DNA from: an uncultured bacterium
Lineage (GTDB): Bacteria > Hydrothermota > UBA3072
Length of the DNA stretch: 64,000 nt
NCBI GenBank assembly: GCA_964556365.1
Contig: CAZKVT010000006.1
Coordinates: 25,114-89,113, forward strand
Reading direction: 5' to 3'
Of the stretch, positions 17,930 to 28,145 are shown piece after piece. The stretch's first letter is position 1. Each line of letters begins with the position of its first letter. A model generated the notes under the pieces. That model made no database searches, was not told where the DNA came from, and worked only from the letters and a program-made list of their open reading frames with translations. A program made the position numbers and the translations under genes.

Positions 17930-19099
17930 TCATTGTTCAGCTACATTAACCCCATTTAATCCCACATACTGATCAAGCGCGTCCTGTAATATATCCAATC
18001 CTTCTTCCAAAATTTCAGGATTAAGATAGCGAAAATCAATCAAAACTTCCCCTTCGTCCTCATATGCATCAGAGTGAAAAAAAACTGAAGGCGCCAGGAA
18101 AACCGTTCGTTTATCACGATTATATTCGCATAATAACCATTCCACAAAGGTGTTTGCGTTCGGCACGGGCAACTTCAGAAAAACTGAAGAAATATTTTTA
18201 GAATAAGTCGCCAAAACATCCTTTCTGTTATCAAGAAAATTATTTATTATAGTTCTATTCTGTTTTAGCTGTGCTAATCGATTCTTCAATATACTGGAAT
18301 AATTTCCAAGAAAATAGTCAATCAAAGAGAGGTCATATGGCGTTACAGGAAATAGATCTTTCGCTATAACTTCAATTTTCGAAGGTAAGGTCGCATGAAA
18401 AGCAATTATAGTCAAATCCCCCAGAGAAAGGTCTCGTAAAAAACTATTGATTCTTACTACTCTTTCATTATTAAGAGAAATATCTTTCAAGAAAATTAAA
18501 TTTCCTGTATCAGGAATTAAATGGTTAAGAGTCTCATCAACAGCCAGAAATAACTGATAATTACGAGATAAGAAAAGCATTCTCTCCAGACTCTCTCTTG
18601 GATACATAATACTTCCTGAAAAACCGGGCTCAGAAAAATAAAACAACTTGGATCTTGGGGTTAACACATCTTCCACATCTCTTCTCAAAGGTAAATCAAA
18701 ATCTTCCGCGGAACTTGTTTCTATAAATTTAGTATTCAAGGAAAGAACATCCGCATATTGTTTTATAAAATAAGGAACCGGAGCCGGAGTTAATATTTCA
18801 TCCCCAATATCAGTCATAGCAAAAAGAACCAGATAGTAAGCGGAAAATCTGTTAGGAAGAATCAATAGTTTATAATCATCCGTCAGCCCAAAGTACAATT
18901 TTAATCTTCTTATAATTTCTTCTTCGGTAACAAATTTGATATCACTTAAATGATGTTTATTAATAGAGTCTACAGAAAACAGATTTATAATCTGAACATT
19001 ACGATTCATAAAATAGAAAAATCTATCTTTGTAAAAATTAAAAAGAAATGAATCGTACAAAGAAAACCTTCTTGAATTGTAAGTTTCACCAAGAGACAT
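17930..19099 (-). CDS. Class I/II aminotransferase-fold protein with degenerate PLP-binding motifs (probable pseudoenzyme)
   Basis: Fold-type-I spacing recognisable (GDEILTPAP; FLAVDE), but NPxNPTG is EPGFSGS, SxSK is SFLR, and GxRxG is GDLTI. Confidence 0.7.
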   Translation of the reverse strand: MSLGETYNSRRFSLYDSFLFNFYKDRFFYFMNRNVQIINLFSVDSINKHHLSDIKFVTEEEIIRRLKLYFGLTDDYKLLILPNRFSAYYLVLFAMTDIGDEILTPAPVPYFIKQYADVLSLNTKFIETSSAEDFDLPLRRDVEDVLTPRSKLFYFSEPGFSGSIMYPRESLERMLFLSRNYQLFLAVDETLNHLIPDTGNLIFLKDISLNNERVVRINSFLRDLSLGDLTIIAFHATLPSKIEVIAKDLFPVTPYDLSLIDYFLGNYSSILKNRLAQLKQNRTIINNFLDNRKDVLATYSKNISSVFLKLPVPNANTFVEWLLCEYNRDKRTVFLAPSVFFHSDAYEDEGEVLIDFRYLNPEILEEGLDILQDALDQYVGLNGVNVAEQ

Positions 19100-20324
19100 T
19101 ATCTTCCTCTCCCAATACTGTAAGATTAAATCTATCCGGCTTCAAGTACTCCCGATTAATAAGCTTAATTTCTTCCATAGTAACACTATCTATCCTTTTT
19201 AGAAGAGAATCTATTGAAGAACGCTTTCCTTTATATATCTCTTCTTTCACATTCCTTTCCATTCTGTTTCCGCTGTTTTCTAAAGATATCATAATGTTAC
19301 CTCTCAATCTTTCTTTCGCGCTTTCAACTTCTTCTTTGGTAAAATTGAGTTTCTCCAATAAATCCCGCGTTGCTTTCAAAGCACGAGGCAATTTATCTCC
19401 ATCAGTAGAAAAATAAATACCGAAAATTCCGGTATCACTAAAAAATTCATTAAAAGCCGAAACTTCATATACATAACTCAATTCTTGACGTAACTTCTGA
19501 AACAAACGAGAACTCATACCGGAACCCAGAATGGTTCCTGAAATCAAAAAAGCAAAACGCAAATCATGATTATAGTGCAAAGAAGGAAAAGAAAGAGCTA
19601 CATATTTATGGTTTAATTCTGGTTTTGGTATAGTATTTACCTTCTTGCTTTTTATGGAAAAAGATTTTCTCTTAAAAGAATTACCTTCCTTTTTGCTTAT
19701 TTTTTTGCCAACCAAATCACATAAATTATCATGATCGACTTTACCGGCTGCAGATACAAAAATCCTATCTGATGTCCAATTTTTATCGCAAAATTCGATG
19801 ATATCTTCACGTTTTATACTTTGCACGGTTTCAAGATCGCCCAAAATCAATCTGGACAATGGATGTTTTTCCCCGAAAGTACTCTTAAAAGCATAATCGA
19901 AAAGCAAACTTTCGGGAGAATCTTTAAACATCTTAATTTCCTGTAAAATAACTGACCGTTCTTTATCCAATCCATCTTTGGGAAATTGAGGGTTTTCTAT
20001 CAAATCGGCAAGTATATCGAATGCCAGATCAACTTCTTCCGGAAGAATATGAGAATAAAAAGAAGTCCACTCCCTGGAAGTTGAAGCATTTAAATATCCG
20101 CCCTTTGATTCTATAGCAAGAGAAATTTCCTTTTCGCTGCGATTTTCTGTACCTTTAAAGACCGAATGTTCGATAAAATGAGATATCCCAATTTTTTCTT
20201 CCTCTTCATCCCGGGAACCAACAGATATATAAATTCCAAGCACAGTAGAAAGCGCTGAAGGAATAAATTCAGAACATACCGTAACCCCCGAAGGCAAAAC
20301 ATTTTTTTTATAATTATCCATCAC
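19086..20324 (-). CDS. M16 (pitrilysin) family zinc peptidase
   Basis: Inverted zincin HFIEH, 'LNASTS', downstream 'QEI', 'MSSRLFQKLR'. Confidence 0.9.
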   Translation of the reverse strand: MMDNYKKNVLPSGVTVCSEFIPSALSTVLGIYISVGSRDEEEEKIGISHFIEHSVFKGTENRSEKEISLAIESKGGYLNASTSREWTSFYSHILPEEVDLAFDILADLIENPQFPKDGLDKERSVILQEIKMFKDSPESLLFDYAFKSTFGEKHPLSRLILGDLETVQSIKREDIIEFCDKNWTSDRIFVSAAGKVDHDNLCDLVGKKISKKEGNSFKRKSFSIKSKKVNTIPKPELNHKYVALSFPSLHYNHDLRFAFLISGTILGSGMSSRLFQKLRQELSYVYEVSAFNEFFSDTGIFGIYFSTDGDKLPRALKATRDLLEKLNFTKEEVESAKERLRGNIMISLENSGNRMERNVKEEIYKGKRSSIDSLLKRIDSVTMEEIKLINREYLKPDRFNLTVLGEEDNVSW

Positions 20325-20541
20325 ACCTAACCTATTTTTAAAAATCTTAAACTTATAAACACTTTACAAACAAAACCCTCTAAACATTTATTCTTCCTCA
20401 TAATAACGCGCTTGACAATATATGTCAATGGAAAAAACATCATATCCGGGAAAATCCGTGCTTCCTTTTAGTATTTATGTATACAACTCCATAAAAATAA
20501 AAGAATAAATATTGAAGAAAACTTTTATTGTTAATTCATTC

Positions 20542-22962
20542 TCAGTTCTTAATTCTCAAAATTTTCTTTATACCTAACAATAGACAAAAACAAACAGATA
20601 TTATCAAACCGATCGAATATAACAAAAGAGATAAATTAAATATTCTTGATTCATAAACAAAATGGACTTCATGCTTGCCCTCAGGCATAAAAACACCATA
20701 AAAGATATAGTTAGCCCTGTATATTTTCTCTTTTTTACCGTCTATATAACATTTCCAATCTGAATGATAATTCTCCCTGACAATAAGAAAAGCCGCTTTA
20801 TCGGTTTTAACATTTAGAACCTTCTCATTTGCTATAATTTTATTAATATTCACCTCACCACTACCCTGCGACAGAATGATTTCAGGCTTTTCCTCCAGAA
20901 AAACAATATTTCCCGGTATAAACGCCGGAGATAAAATTTGACTTAATATTTCTTCAGCGCTGTCGATTACAATATAATCGTATATAAGAGAAGCCCGCGG
21001 TAAAAAATCTTTGTTTTCCAAAACCTGGTATTCCCTACCCGTAAACGCAACATTAAAATTCGAATAGAATCTGTTAAATTCTGCCACAGCCGCTTTAACT
21101 CTCTCATCATAACGAGTCAAATCCTCTGGCAGCCTCGGGCCTACTATGTATTTAACGTTCAGCATAGATAACAAGTGAGGATATTTCATTAGATTTCCGG
21201 GAGTAAATATAACACTTTCACCGGCTCCGATAAATTCCTGATATCTTTTTGGAGGATTCGGACTCATTCCCGATATATTTTGGATTTCATGATATTGGAA
21301 ATATCCGGATTTTCCGTTTTCGTAATTAAGAGGAAAAACGCGGAAAAAACCATTATCTTTCTTTATATAATTAGTTACATCGTCGGCGGAATAATAACGC
21401 GTGGGAGCAGGAACGGAAGAAAGATACTTACGGTCTACTGCCCACTGATCAAGAATTAAAACTACAGCAAGAATAGGAATTGCAACGCCGAAACTCAATT
21501 TACGTTTTATAATTGCTATAATTAGCCCTCCGTTTATTATAAAAAGAAGAGAACTAATCCATAAACTCTTTTTAAAATTTCCGAAATTCTGCTGCATAAG
21601 AAAGATTTTCTGCTGCAAGCTTCCTCTACCCATAATCCCCATCCACGCATTTCCGAAATGGCTTTTCATTGCCTGTAAAACGCTTACATCTCCAAGACTC
21701 ACAATAATAGCCACGAGCAAAATTACTCCCGCCGCAGAAACCAAAAATATAAAAGCTTTTCTTTCCGTTTCATCATCCTTCTTCCTTACAAGATCCATCA
21801 CAACCTGAGCGCCAAAACCTGAAAGTACGGCAACGCCAAAAGTCGTAAGGAAGAAAAACATCGAAGGACCTCTGAATTTATTTGCCATTGGGAGTAAGTA
21901 ATACAATCTAAATAAGGGAGTGTTTTTACCGAGCGCGAGCAGCAAAGTTATTCCGGTAAAACACGCAAAATATAGTATTATATTTTTTTTCTTTCTATAC
22001 AGAAATGCCAGACCAAAAAGCATTAAAGGAAGTATACCAAGATACCTGGAATCGAGTTTGAAAAAATTTTCTCCCCAGTAATTCTCTAAAATACCGGAGA
22101 AATGAGGAACAATAAGGTTGAAAAGTTCAGAGGTGGGAAGAGACCAGGAAGTCGAATATTCATAACCTCTTGCAACCCCTCTGGCTCCATAATCAAGAGA
22201 AAGAAAAGCAGGAAGAAGCTTTACGGAAAGAATCAGTGCAATTAAAATCCCACCTATTGCAAAAAAACCGGACGATTTCAAAACTCCGTTTAACTTAATC
22301 TCTTTTCTCCTACTAAAAATCTCATAAATAAAATATACGCATACGCTTATCATAGACCAATAGTCGATCTGGACCTGTCCGGCAAGCAGCATCAATCCGG
22401 TAATTCCGCCGAACAAAATAAAATAAAAAGGTTTTTTCCTGTCTAATGCCCTATGTATAAATAAAAAAGAAAAAGGAAGAACTATTACTCCTATCGACCT
22501 GCCGAGGTGCCCACCATGAGTCGTGGTAATCAGCTGTCCTGCAAACATAAAGGTAACCGCCCCGAGCATCGAAGCAAGATGAGATAATTTGTATTCCCGC
22601 AGTAACAACCACATTCCCAGCCCTGCTAGAAAAATATGAATTATAAAGAGTACAGTATGCACCAAGTGGTAGGGCAAAATAAAGTAAATTAAATTCAAAG
22701 GATACAGAATACCGCCCGCTCCTTTTGAAACCATCGCGGGATAACCGCTGAAATTATACAAATCCCACATCGGAATCCTATGATTTAGTTTTATGTAATC
22801 AAAATTCGTTTTCAGATTGGGATATCCCGATACCAACCAGTCCGACCCATGAATCATTTTCCGTGGTGTTAAAAAACCGCCGAAATAAATAAGGGCCAAT
22901 GCAAAAAATAAAAATATTATTATTTTATCTTTTTTTTCTTCCCATAAAACATTAAGATCCAT
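20542..22962 (-). CDS. YfhO family (GT-C fold) membrane glycosyltransferase
   Basis: About 12 TM segments, 'IPMWDLYNFSGYP', 'ENYWG', 'FRGPS', C-terminal 'RENYHSDWKCYIDG...RANYIFYGV'. Confidence 0.75.
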   Translation of the reverse strand: MDLNVLWEEKKDKIIIFLFFALALIYFGGFLTPRKMIHGSDWLVSGYPNLKTNFDYIKLNHRIPMWDLYNFSGYPAMVSKGAGGILYPLNLIYFILPYHLVHTVLFIIHIFLAGLGMWLLLREYKLSHLASMLGAVTFMFAGQLITTTHGGHLGRSIGVIVLPFSFLFIHRALDRKKPFYFILFGGITGLMLLAGQVQIDYWSMISVCVYFIYEIFSRRKEIKLNGVLKSSGFFAIGGILIALILSVKLLPAFLSLDYGARGVARGYEYSTSWSLPTSELFNLIVPHFSGILENYWGENFFKLDSRYLGILPLMLFGLAFLYRKKKNIILYFACFTGITLLLALGKNTPLFRLYYLLPMANKFRGPSMFFFLTTFGVAVLSGFGAQVVMDLVRKKDDETERKAFIFLVSAAGVILLVAIIVSLGDVSVLQAMKSHFGNAWMGIMGRGSLQQKIFLMQQNFGNFKKSLWISSLLFIINGGLIIAIIKRKLSFGVAIPILAVVLILDQWAVDRKYLSSVPAPTRYYSADDVTNYIKKDNGFFRVFPLNYENGKSGYFQYHEIQNISGMSPNPPKRYQEFIGAGESVIFTPGNLMKYPHLLSMLNVKYIVGPRLPEDLTRYDERVKAAVAEFNRFYSNFNVAFTGREYQVLENKDFLPRASLIYDYIVIDSAEEILSQILSPAFIPGNIVFLEEKPEIILSQGSGEVNINKIIANEKVLNVKTDKAAFLIVRENYHSDWKCYIDGKKEKIYRANYIFYGVFMPEGKHEVHFVYESRIFNLSLLLYSIGLIISVCFCLLLGIKKILRIKN

Positions 22963-23142
22963 TAAAACCCTCCCTCTATTATAATTTTATTATATTGACT
23001 CCCCGGATTTTCCATATAATTATGTTTAAATATAATAAATAATCAACCCTTTTTAGAGAAAAGTCTTACGAGAAACACCCGGAGAGGGCTTCAATAATTC
23101 GGTATAGTTTTTTCCCGTGTTTTAAAAAAATACGCAAAAGCC

Positions 23143-23170
23143 TTGACATACAGTATAAAAAGCTTATTTT
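23143..23170 (+). promoter_or_regulatory. Promoter TTGACA-16-TATTTT for the flippase gene
   Basis: Read directly. Confidence 0.5.
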
Positions 23171-23247
23171 TTAAATGCCTGGTAAAAAACCCATGCTTTA
23201 AGTTAAAAAAATATGTATCAAATAACTAAAATTCTATATTTTGCAAA

Positions 23248-24516
23248 ATGAGTCAGGGAGTCAGAAAAGGTTCATTTTTTTCTTTAATCGGATATGGTCT
23301 CGCGGGCGTGTTCCTCGCTCTATTTCACGCGTTTTCCGGAAGATGGCTCGGAGTCGAAAATTACGGATTGTTGAATGTACTCCTTTCTTATATAAATATC
23401 GCGACCGCTTTTGTGGCTGCCGGTATAATGGAATGCGTCACTCGTTATATTTCCTTTTACAGGGCAAGAACCGAGGAAGAAAAAGAAACAGAAGTAATAC
23501 AAACATCTTCGATGCTTTTTCTGCTTTTATTCTCTATAGTTATTATAATATCTTTCCTTACTAAAGAACTAATTCTTAAAAATCACTTCAACAATAATAT
23601 TATGATATTTTACCAATTCCTGCTGGGAACGGTTTGTTTATCTGTCTTTCGTTACTATAACGGACTTTTAAAAGGTTACAGGAAATTTGAATTATTTTCT
23701 ACAGGCAACGCAATCCAAGCTTTCTTAATGTTTCTCACTCTCTATTTTTTTATAAAATTTTTAAGACTAAACGAAATGACAGCCGGATGGAGCATAGCCA
23801 TAGCCTCATTATTAGTCATTATTTTTTATCAACTCTCTTTGAAAGTCAATTTTTTCCCGAATTTAAAAAATATTAAAACTCTCAATTGGGATATAATTAA
23901 GTTTATTCTTGCGGCTACCTTTATATCACTTATGAATATCTGGCTTTTCCGAGCCGGACCTATTTTGTTGAAAACATTTGGGGAAAGTGAAGCTGATAAA
24001 CTCGCCGGGCTTTTCGGCGCAATAGTTATGCCGTTAAATCTCCTGAGAATTGTCGTAATGTCCTTACAGGCAGGCCTTTACCCAAACTTGAGTAGAGCAT
24101 ACTCGATTAAAAATAAAAATTTAATAAATAGATATATATTAAAGAGCTTTGCAATCATCATAGGAATCATATCTTTTGTATTAATCGCTTATTATTTCTA
24201 TGGACCCCAGATAGTTTTATTAATATACAAAAAACAAGAATTCATGGTATCAAGGTTAGACACTACTTTATTAGCTCTTGTTTATTCTTTTTATTTTCTC
24301 GGTCTCCATCTTACTAAAATACTGATGGCAAGGAAAACTCCGGGATATTCATCTCTCTCTTTAGCGATAGGAATTACCGGAATGTTTGTCGTACTCTCAA
24401 CTATCGACCTTCCTCCTTTTAAATTGGTAGGAGTAAGCCTGCTGGTATGCAATTTTCTATATTCTGTAATTCAAGGAATTTTCTTTCTGATTATTAAAAC
24501 TAAAAAGGTGAAATAA
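23248..24516 (+). CDS. Oligosaccharide flippase (Wzx/MATE-like)
   Basis: About 12 TM segments, 'GRWLGVENYG', 'AGLYPNLS'; glycan cluster context. Confidence 0.75.
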   Translation: MSQGVRKGSFFSLIGYGLAGVFLALFHAFSGRWLGVENYGLLNVLLSYINIATAFVAAGIMECVTRYISFYRARTEEEKETEVIQTSSMLFLLLFSIVIIISFLTKELILKNHFNNNIMIFYQFLLGTVCLSVFRYYNGLLKGYRKFELFSTGNAIQAFLMFLTLYFFIKFLRLNEMTAGWSIAIASLLVIIFYQLSLKVNFFPNLKNIKTLNWDIIKFILAATFISLMNIWLFRAGPILLKTFGESEADKLAGLFGAIVMPLNLLRIVVMSLQAGLYPNLSRAYSIKNKNLINRYILKSFAIIIGIISFVLIAYYFYGPQIVLLIYKKQEFMVSRLDTTLLALVYSFYFLGLHLTKILMARKTPGYSSLSLAIGITGMFVVLSTIDLPPFKLVGVSLLVCNFLYSVIQGIFFLIIKTKKVK

Positions 24517-24549
24517 AACCGTATAATTTGGACCAAATATTTTTATCTA

Positions 24550-25662
24550 TTATTCTTTGTTTTTTATAATTTTTTTATAAATTTCACGATGCTTTATAAC
24601 AAGCTTTCGTGCAGACCAATTATTAACAACTCTTTCCCGTGCAAATTTTCCTTTTTTCTTCAACAAATTAATATCCTTAAGAGCTAAATTGATTTTTTGG
24701 GCTATATCATCCGGATTCCCCGGATCCATTAAAAAACCAACATCTTCATCGATTATCTCCGGTAATCCTCCTACCCTGCTGGCTGCGATAGCCTTTCCGC
24801 ATGCCATCGATTCGAGAGCAGCAATGGAAGTAGCTTCCATAAGTGAGGGTATAACGATTAAATCCGCGGAAATAAGCACTCCAGGCATCTTCTCATTGGG
24901 AACAGAACCTAAAAAGGTTACTTTCTCATCCATATTGAGTTCTTTAAGTCTTTTTTCTATCTTTTGCCGCAGGGGACCGTCTCCCGCAATCACCAATCTA
25001 ATATTTTTCTCCGAAGAAATTTTTGGCATTGCTTCTATTAAGAAATGTACACCATTTTTCTCCACAAGACGCCTGGGACAAACCAACAGGTATTCATCCT
25101 TATTTTTGTCAATAGCAGGTTTCCTTTCCGGGGAAAATAATTCAGTGTCTACCGGATTAGTAAGAGCTTCTATCTTTTTACCGGGAACTAAACCTTGCGC
25201 AATATCTTTAATTTCTTTACTCGCGGCAAAAACATAATCCGCTCTTTTTATTCCCCATCTAAGATATTGCTTGAACAAAATTTTCTTTGAGACTTTTATA
25301 AAATGAGAACTATGTAAAGTTAGAACAAAAGGTTTATTTTGAAAAAGTTTTGCAAACATACAGGGCAATATCGAAGCAATATCATGTCCGTGAACAAGAT
25401 CCGTTTTTTTTGAACTTTTTAAAAAAACTATAAGGGAAAAGATAGTAGTCAAAACCCAGCCAATTAAGTTTTTCCCGAAAAAAGGCGTTCTTCTTATTAA
25501 AATATCATCATAAATTTCAGTTTTAAAAGTTTTAAGAGAATTAGAAGTAACGACTTCGACCTTATCTCCCAATCTTGTAAATCCACGCGCAAGATTCAAA
25601 ATATGCACTTCCATCCCCCCCACCTCCGGATAAAAATACATTCCGTTAAATAGAATCTTCAT
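24550..25662 (-). CDS. GT4 family glycosyltransferase
   Basis: 'YPEVGGME', 'RLVEKNG', 'EATSIAALESMACG'; start moved to ATG 25662. Confidence 0.88.
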   Translation of the reverse strand: MKILFNGMYFYPEVGGMEVHILNLARGFTRLGDKVEVVTSNSLKTFKTEIYDDILIRRTPFFGKNLIGWVLTTIFSLIVFLKSSKKTDLVHGHDIASILPCMFAKLFQNKPFVLTLHSSHFIKVSKKILFKQYLRWGIKRADYVFAASKEIKDIAQGLVPGKKIEALTNPVDTELFSPERKPAIDKNKDEYLLVCPRRLVEKNGVHFLIEAMPKISSEKNIRLVIAGDGPLRQKIEKRLKELNMDEKVTFLGSVPNEKMPGVLISADLIVIPSLMEATSIAALESMACGKAIAASRVGGLPEIIDEDVGFLMDPGNPDDIAQKINLALKDINLLKKKGKFARERVVNNWSARKLVIKHREIYKKIIKNKE

Positions 25663-25666
25663 CAAG

Positions 25667-26779
25667 CTATATTGCCTTTGTAAAGAATTCTCCAATTGCT
25701 TTTAGAATTCTATCACTCGCTTTGCCATCACCATAAGGATTTTTATCTTTTATCATTTTCTTGCGTTTGCTTTTATTTTCGAGTAGCGATGTAACTTCTT
25801 CTACTATTTTATTTTCATCTGTTCCGAGAAGTTTAGAAACCCCAGCTTCGACTCCTTCCGGACGTTCGGTCTTATTTCTCAAAATAAGTACCGGAGCATT
25901 AAAAGAAGGCGCTTCTTCCTGAATGCCGCCGGAATCCGTCAAAACGATATAAGATTTTGACAAAAGAAAAACCATATCTTTATAGCGAACCGGACCAATC
26001 AATTTCACGTTCGTCAAATTACCAAGAATTCGGTCAGCCGGTTTTTTAACATTTGGATTAGGGTGTACAGGATAAACAATGACAACATCTTGCCTCTCAG
26101 CTATTTTCTTGACAGCTTTAAATATATTTTCAACCTGTTCCCCGAAACTTTCTCTTCTATGACAGGTAAAAAGAATTAATTTTTTATCCTCCGGTACTAA
26201 TTTCTTTATATTTTTTTCCGGTTTCGTATTATTTATAATCCATTTCAGAGAATCTATTCCGGTATTACCGGTCACATATATTCTTTCTTTAGGCACACCA
26301 CATTCAATTAAATTATTTTTTGACCACTCTGTCGGAGAAAAAAGCAAATCGCTAATATCATCGATAAAAACTCTATTTAATTCCTCCGGAAAAGGCTGAT
26401 ACTTATCAAACGTTCTAAGCCCCGCTTCAACGTGACCAACAGGAATCTTTTTATAAAAAGCGCACAAAGCAGCAACAAAACTGGTGGTGGTATCACCTTG
26501 AACCAACAAAAGATCGAAATCCTGTGCCTCCAAAATATTTTTCATATTCTTGATCAAATTCTCAGTTATATAAAATAGATCTTGATTTTTCCGCATTATG
26601 TTAAAATCGACATCTACTTTTAAATTAAAGGAATTAATAACCTGATCCATCAATTCTCTGTGTTGCGCACTTGCAATAATAAACGGTTTAAAATAATTTG
26701 ATTTCTTTAAGGCCAACGCAACAGGAGCCATTTTTATCGCATCCGGTCTGGTACCCATTAACAAAGCTATTTTTTTCAT
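25667..26779 (-). CDS. wecB: UDP-N-acetylglucosamine 2-epimerase (non-hydrolysing)
   Basis: 'GTRPDAIKMAP', 'VQGDT', 'HVEAGLR', 'PFPEE', 'TGNT', 'HRRES', 'TDSGGIQEEA', 'ERPEG'. Confidence 0.95.
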   Translation of the reverse strand: MKKIALLMGTRPDAIKMAPVALALKKSNYFKPFIIASAQHRELMDQVINSFNLKVDVDFNIMRKNQDLFYITENLIKNMKNILEAQDFDLLLVQGDTTTSFVAALCAFYKKIPVGHVEAGLRTFDKYQPFPEELNRVFIDDISDLLFSPTEWSKNNLIECGVPKERIYVTGNTGIDSLKWIINNTKPEKNIKKLVPEDKKLILFTCHRRESFGEQVENIFKAVKKIAERQDVVIVYPVHPNPNVKKPADRILGNLTNVKLIGPVRYKDMVFLLSKSYIVLTDSGGIQEEAPSFNAPVLILRNKTERPEGVEAGVSKLLGTDENKIVEEVTSLLENKSKRKKMIKDKNPYGDGKASDRILKAIGEFFTKAI

Positions 26780-26786
26780 TTGAACG

Positions 26787-26874
26787 AATATAGATAAAGC
26801 AAAAAAATTGTCAAGTTAAAAATCCCAATATATCTCTATAATACCCTTGACTATGGAATTTCTAATACTATAAT
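26787..26874. promoter_or_regulatory. Divergent promoters: wecB TTGACA-16-TATATT (minus) and csaB TTGACT-16-TATAAT (plus)
   Basis: Hexamers at 26809-26814/26787-26792 and 26847-26852/26869-26874. Confidence 0.65.
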
Positions 26875-26936
26875 CAATAAAAATTAAAATATGTAAAACA
26901 ATACTCTTTTACATATTTTCTCAGAATAGGAAAAGA

Positions 26937-28142
26937 ATGATAACAAGCAAAATTTGTATATTGGCATTTATCGGATCCGATAATACGGGCGATGAAGCGA
27001 TATTATATTCTGTTATATCCGCAATCAAAAATATTGATAATCTTATAAATATCTTCTCATTTAATACAGAAAAAACCAAGGCATTACTAAAGGATATACC
27101 CAATGAAAATATTGAAGTAATAAATATTAAAAATCATAGAAAAGTAATAAAGAAAATTATAGAATCGGATATTTTACTCTGCGGCGGCGGAGGCATTATT
27201 CAGGATCAGACAAGCTTTTACAATTTACCTTTCTTTCTATCCAGGGTTCTGTTCGCAAAAATACTAAAGAAAAAAATCGTTTTCTATGGAATCGGCGTGG
27301 GACCTCTTTATTCCAGATTCAGTAAAATATTGACAAAATTTGTTTTGAACCGATCGGAAGTCATAACAGTAAGGGACAAAAAGTCAAAGGAAACTCTTAT
27401 AGATTGCGGAATTAAAAGTAGCCTTGTTAAAGTAACCGCCGATCCGGCAGTTTCTTTAGGTAAAATCTCAAAAAAAGAAGCTCAAATTTTGCTCCGTGAG
27501 CAGGGTATAAATGTTAATAAGAAAATAATGATCATATGCTTAAGACAATGGTTCGCTATTTACAGACTAATTCCGGTAAAACTTGTTAAAAAATTTAACA
27601 TTCAGACAAAAAAAGATAAACAAAAATACGAATACTTTATAAAAGAAATATCAAAATTCTTAGAATATTGTGAAAACAAACTAGATTTCCAACTCGTCTT
27701 TTTACCCTTCTGGAAAGAAAGAGACAATAAAGTTCATAAAGAAATCAGTAAACTAATTAAAAACAAGGATAATATTTTTATTCTGGAAAAGTATTATAAT
27801 CCTTTGCAAATTAAAGGTATAATAAGTGCTTCGAATTTTGTATTGGGGATGAGACTACATTCGATAATTTTCGCAAGTACAGATAAAAGAAATTTCCTTG
27901 CTATAAATTACTCTCCAAAAGTTAAAAATTATTTAGATTTATTAGTAACCAAAAGTTCCACTATCGAAAACATACATGTTAACCCCGAAGATTTCTCTTC
28001 AGAAGAATTAATAAAGAAACTTGATTTTATAATAAAAAACAAACCTTACCACTCGTCGAGCTTTATAAATAAAATATCCGAGATTATAAGCCAGGAGAAG
28101 AAAAATAGGTATTATTTACAAAAAGTCTTTAAAGAAAAATAG
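26937..28142 (+). CDS. csaB: Polysaccharide pyruvyl transferase, CsaB-like
   Basis: 'NTGDEAIL', 'GGGGIIQDQTS', 'GIGVGP', 'ITVRD', 'TADPA', 'GMRLHS'. Confidence 0.82.
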   Translation: MITSKICILAFIGSDNTGDEAILYSVISAIKNIDNLINIFSFNTEKTKALLKDIPNENIEVINIKNHRKVIKKIIESDILLCGGGGIIQDQTSFYNLPFFLSRVLFAKILKKKIVFYGIGVGPLYSRFSKILTKFVLNRSEVITVRDKKSKETLIDCGIKSSLVKVTADPAVSLGKISKKEAQILLREQGINVNKKIMIICLRQWFAIYRLIPVKLVKKFNIQTKKDKQKYEYFIKEISKFLEYCENKLDFQLVFLPFWKERDNKVHKEISKLIKNKDNIFILEKYYNPLQIKGIISASNFVLGMRLHSIIFASTDKRNFLAINYSPKVKNYLDLLVTKSSTIENIHVNPEDFSSEELIKKLDFIIKNKPYHSSSFINKISEIISQEKKNRYYLQKVFKEK

Positions 28143-28145
28143 AAT

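Noticed and set aside
20364-20387. 7-codon uORF (MFRGFCL) with an SD-like GAGGAAG upstream of the M16 gene
   Set aside because: Too short to distinguish from chance; no attenuator structure seen.
24689-25237. Long antisense ORFs (also 32409-33092, 44464-45021, 36079-36702 and many shorter ones)
   Set aside because: They lie opposite well-supported genes, are Ser/Ile/Phe-rich shadows, and have no motifs or SD sites.
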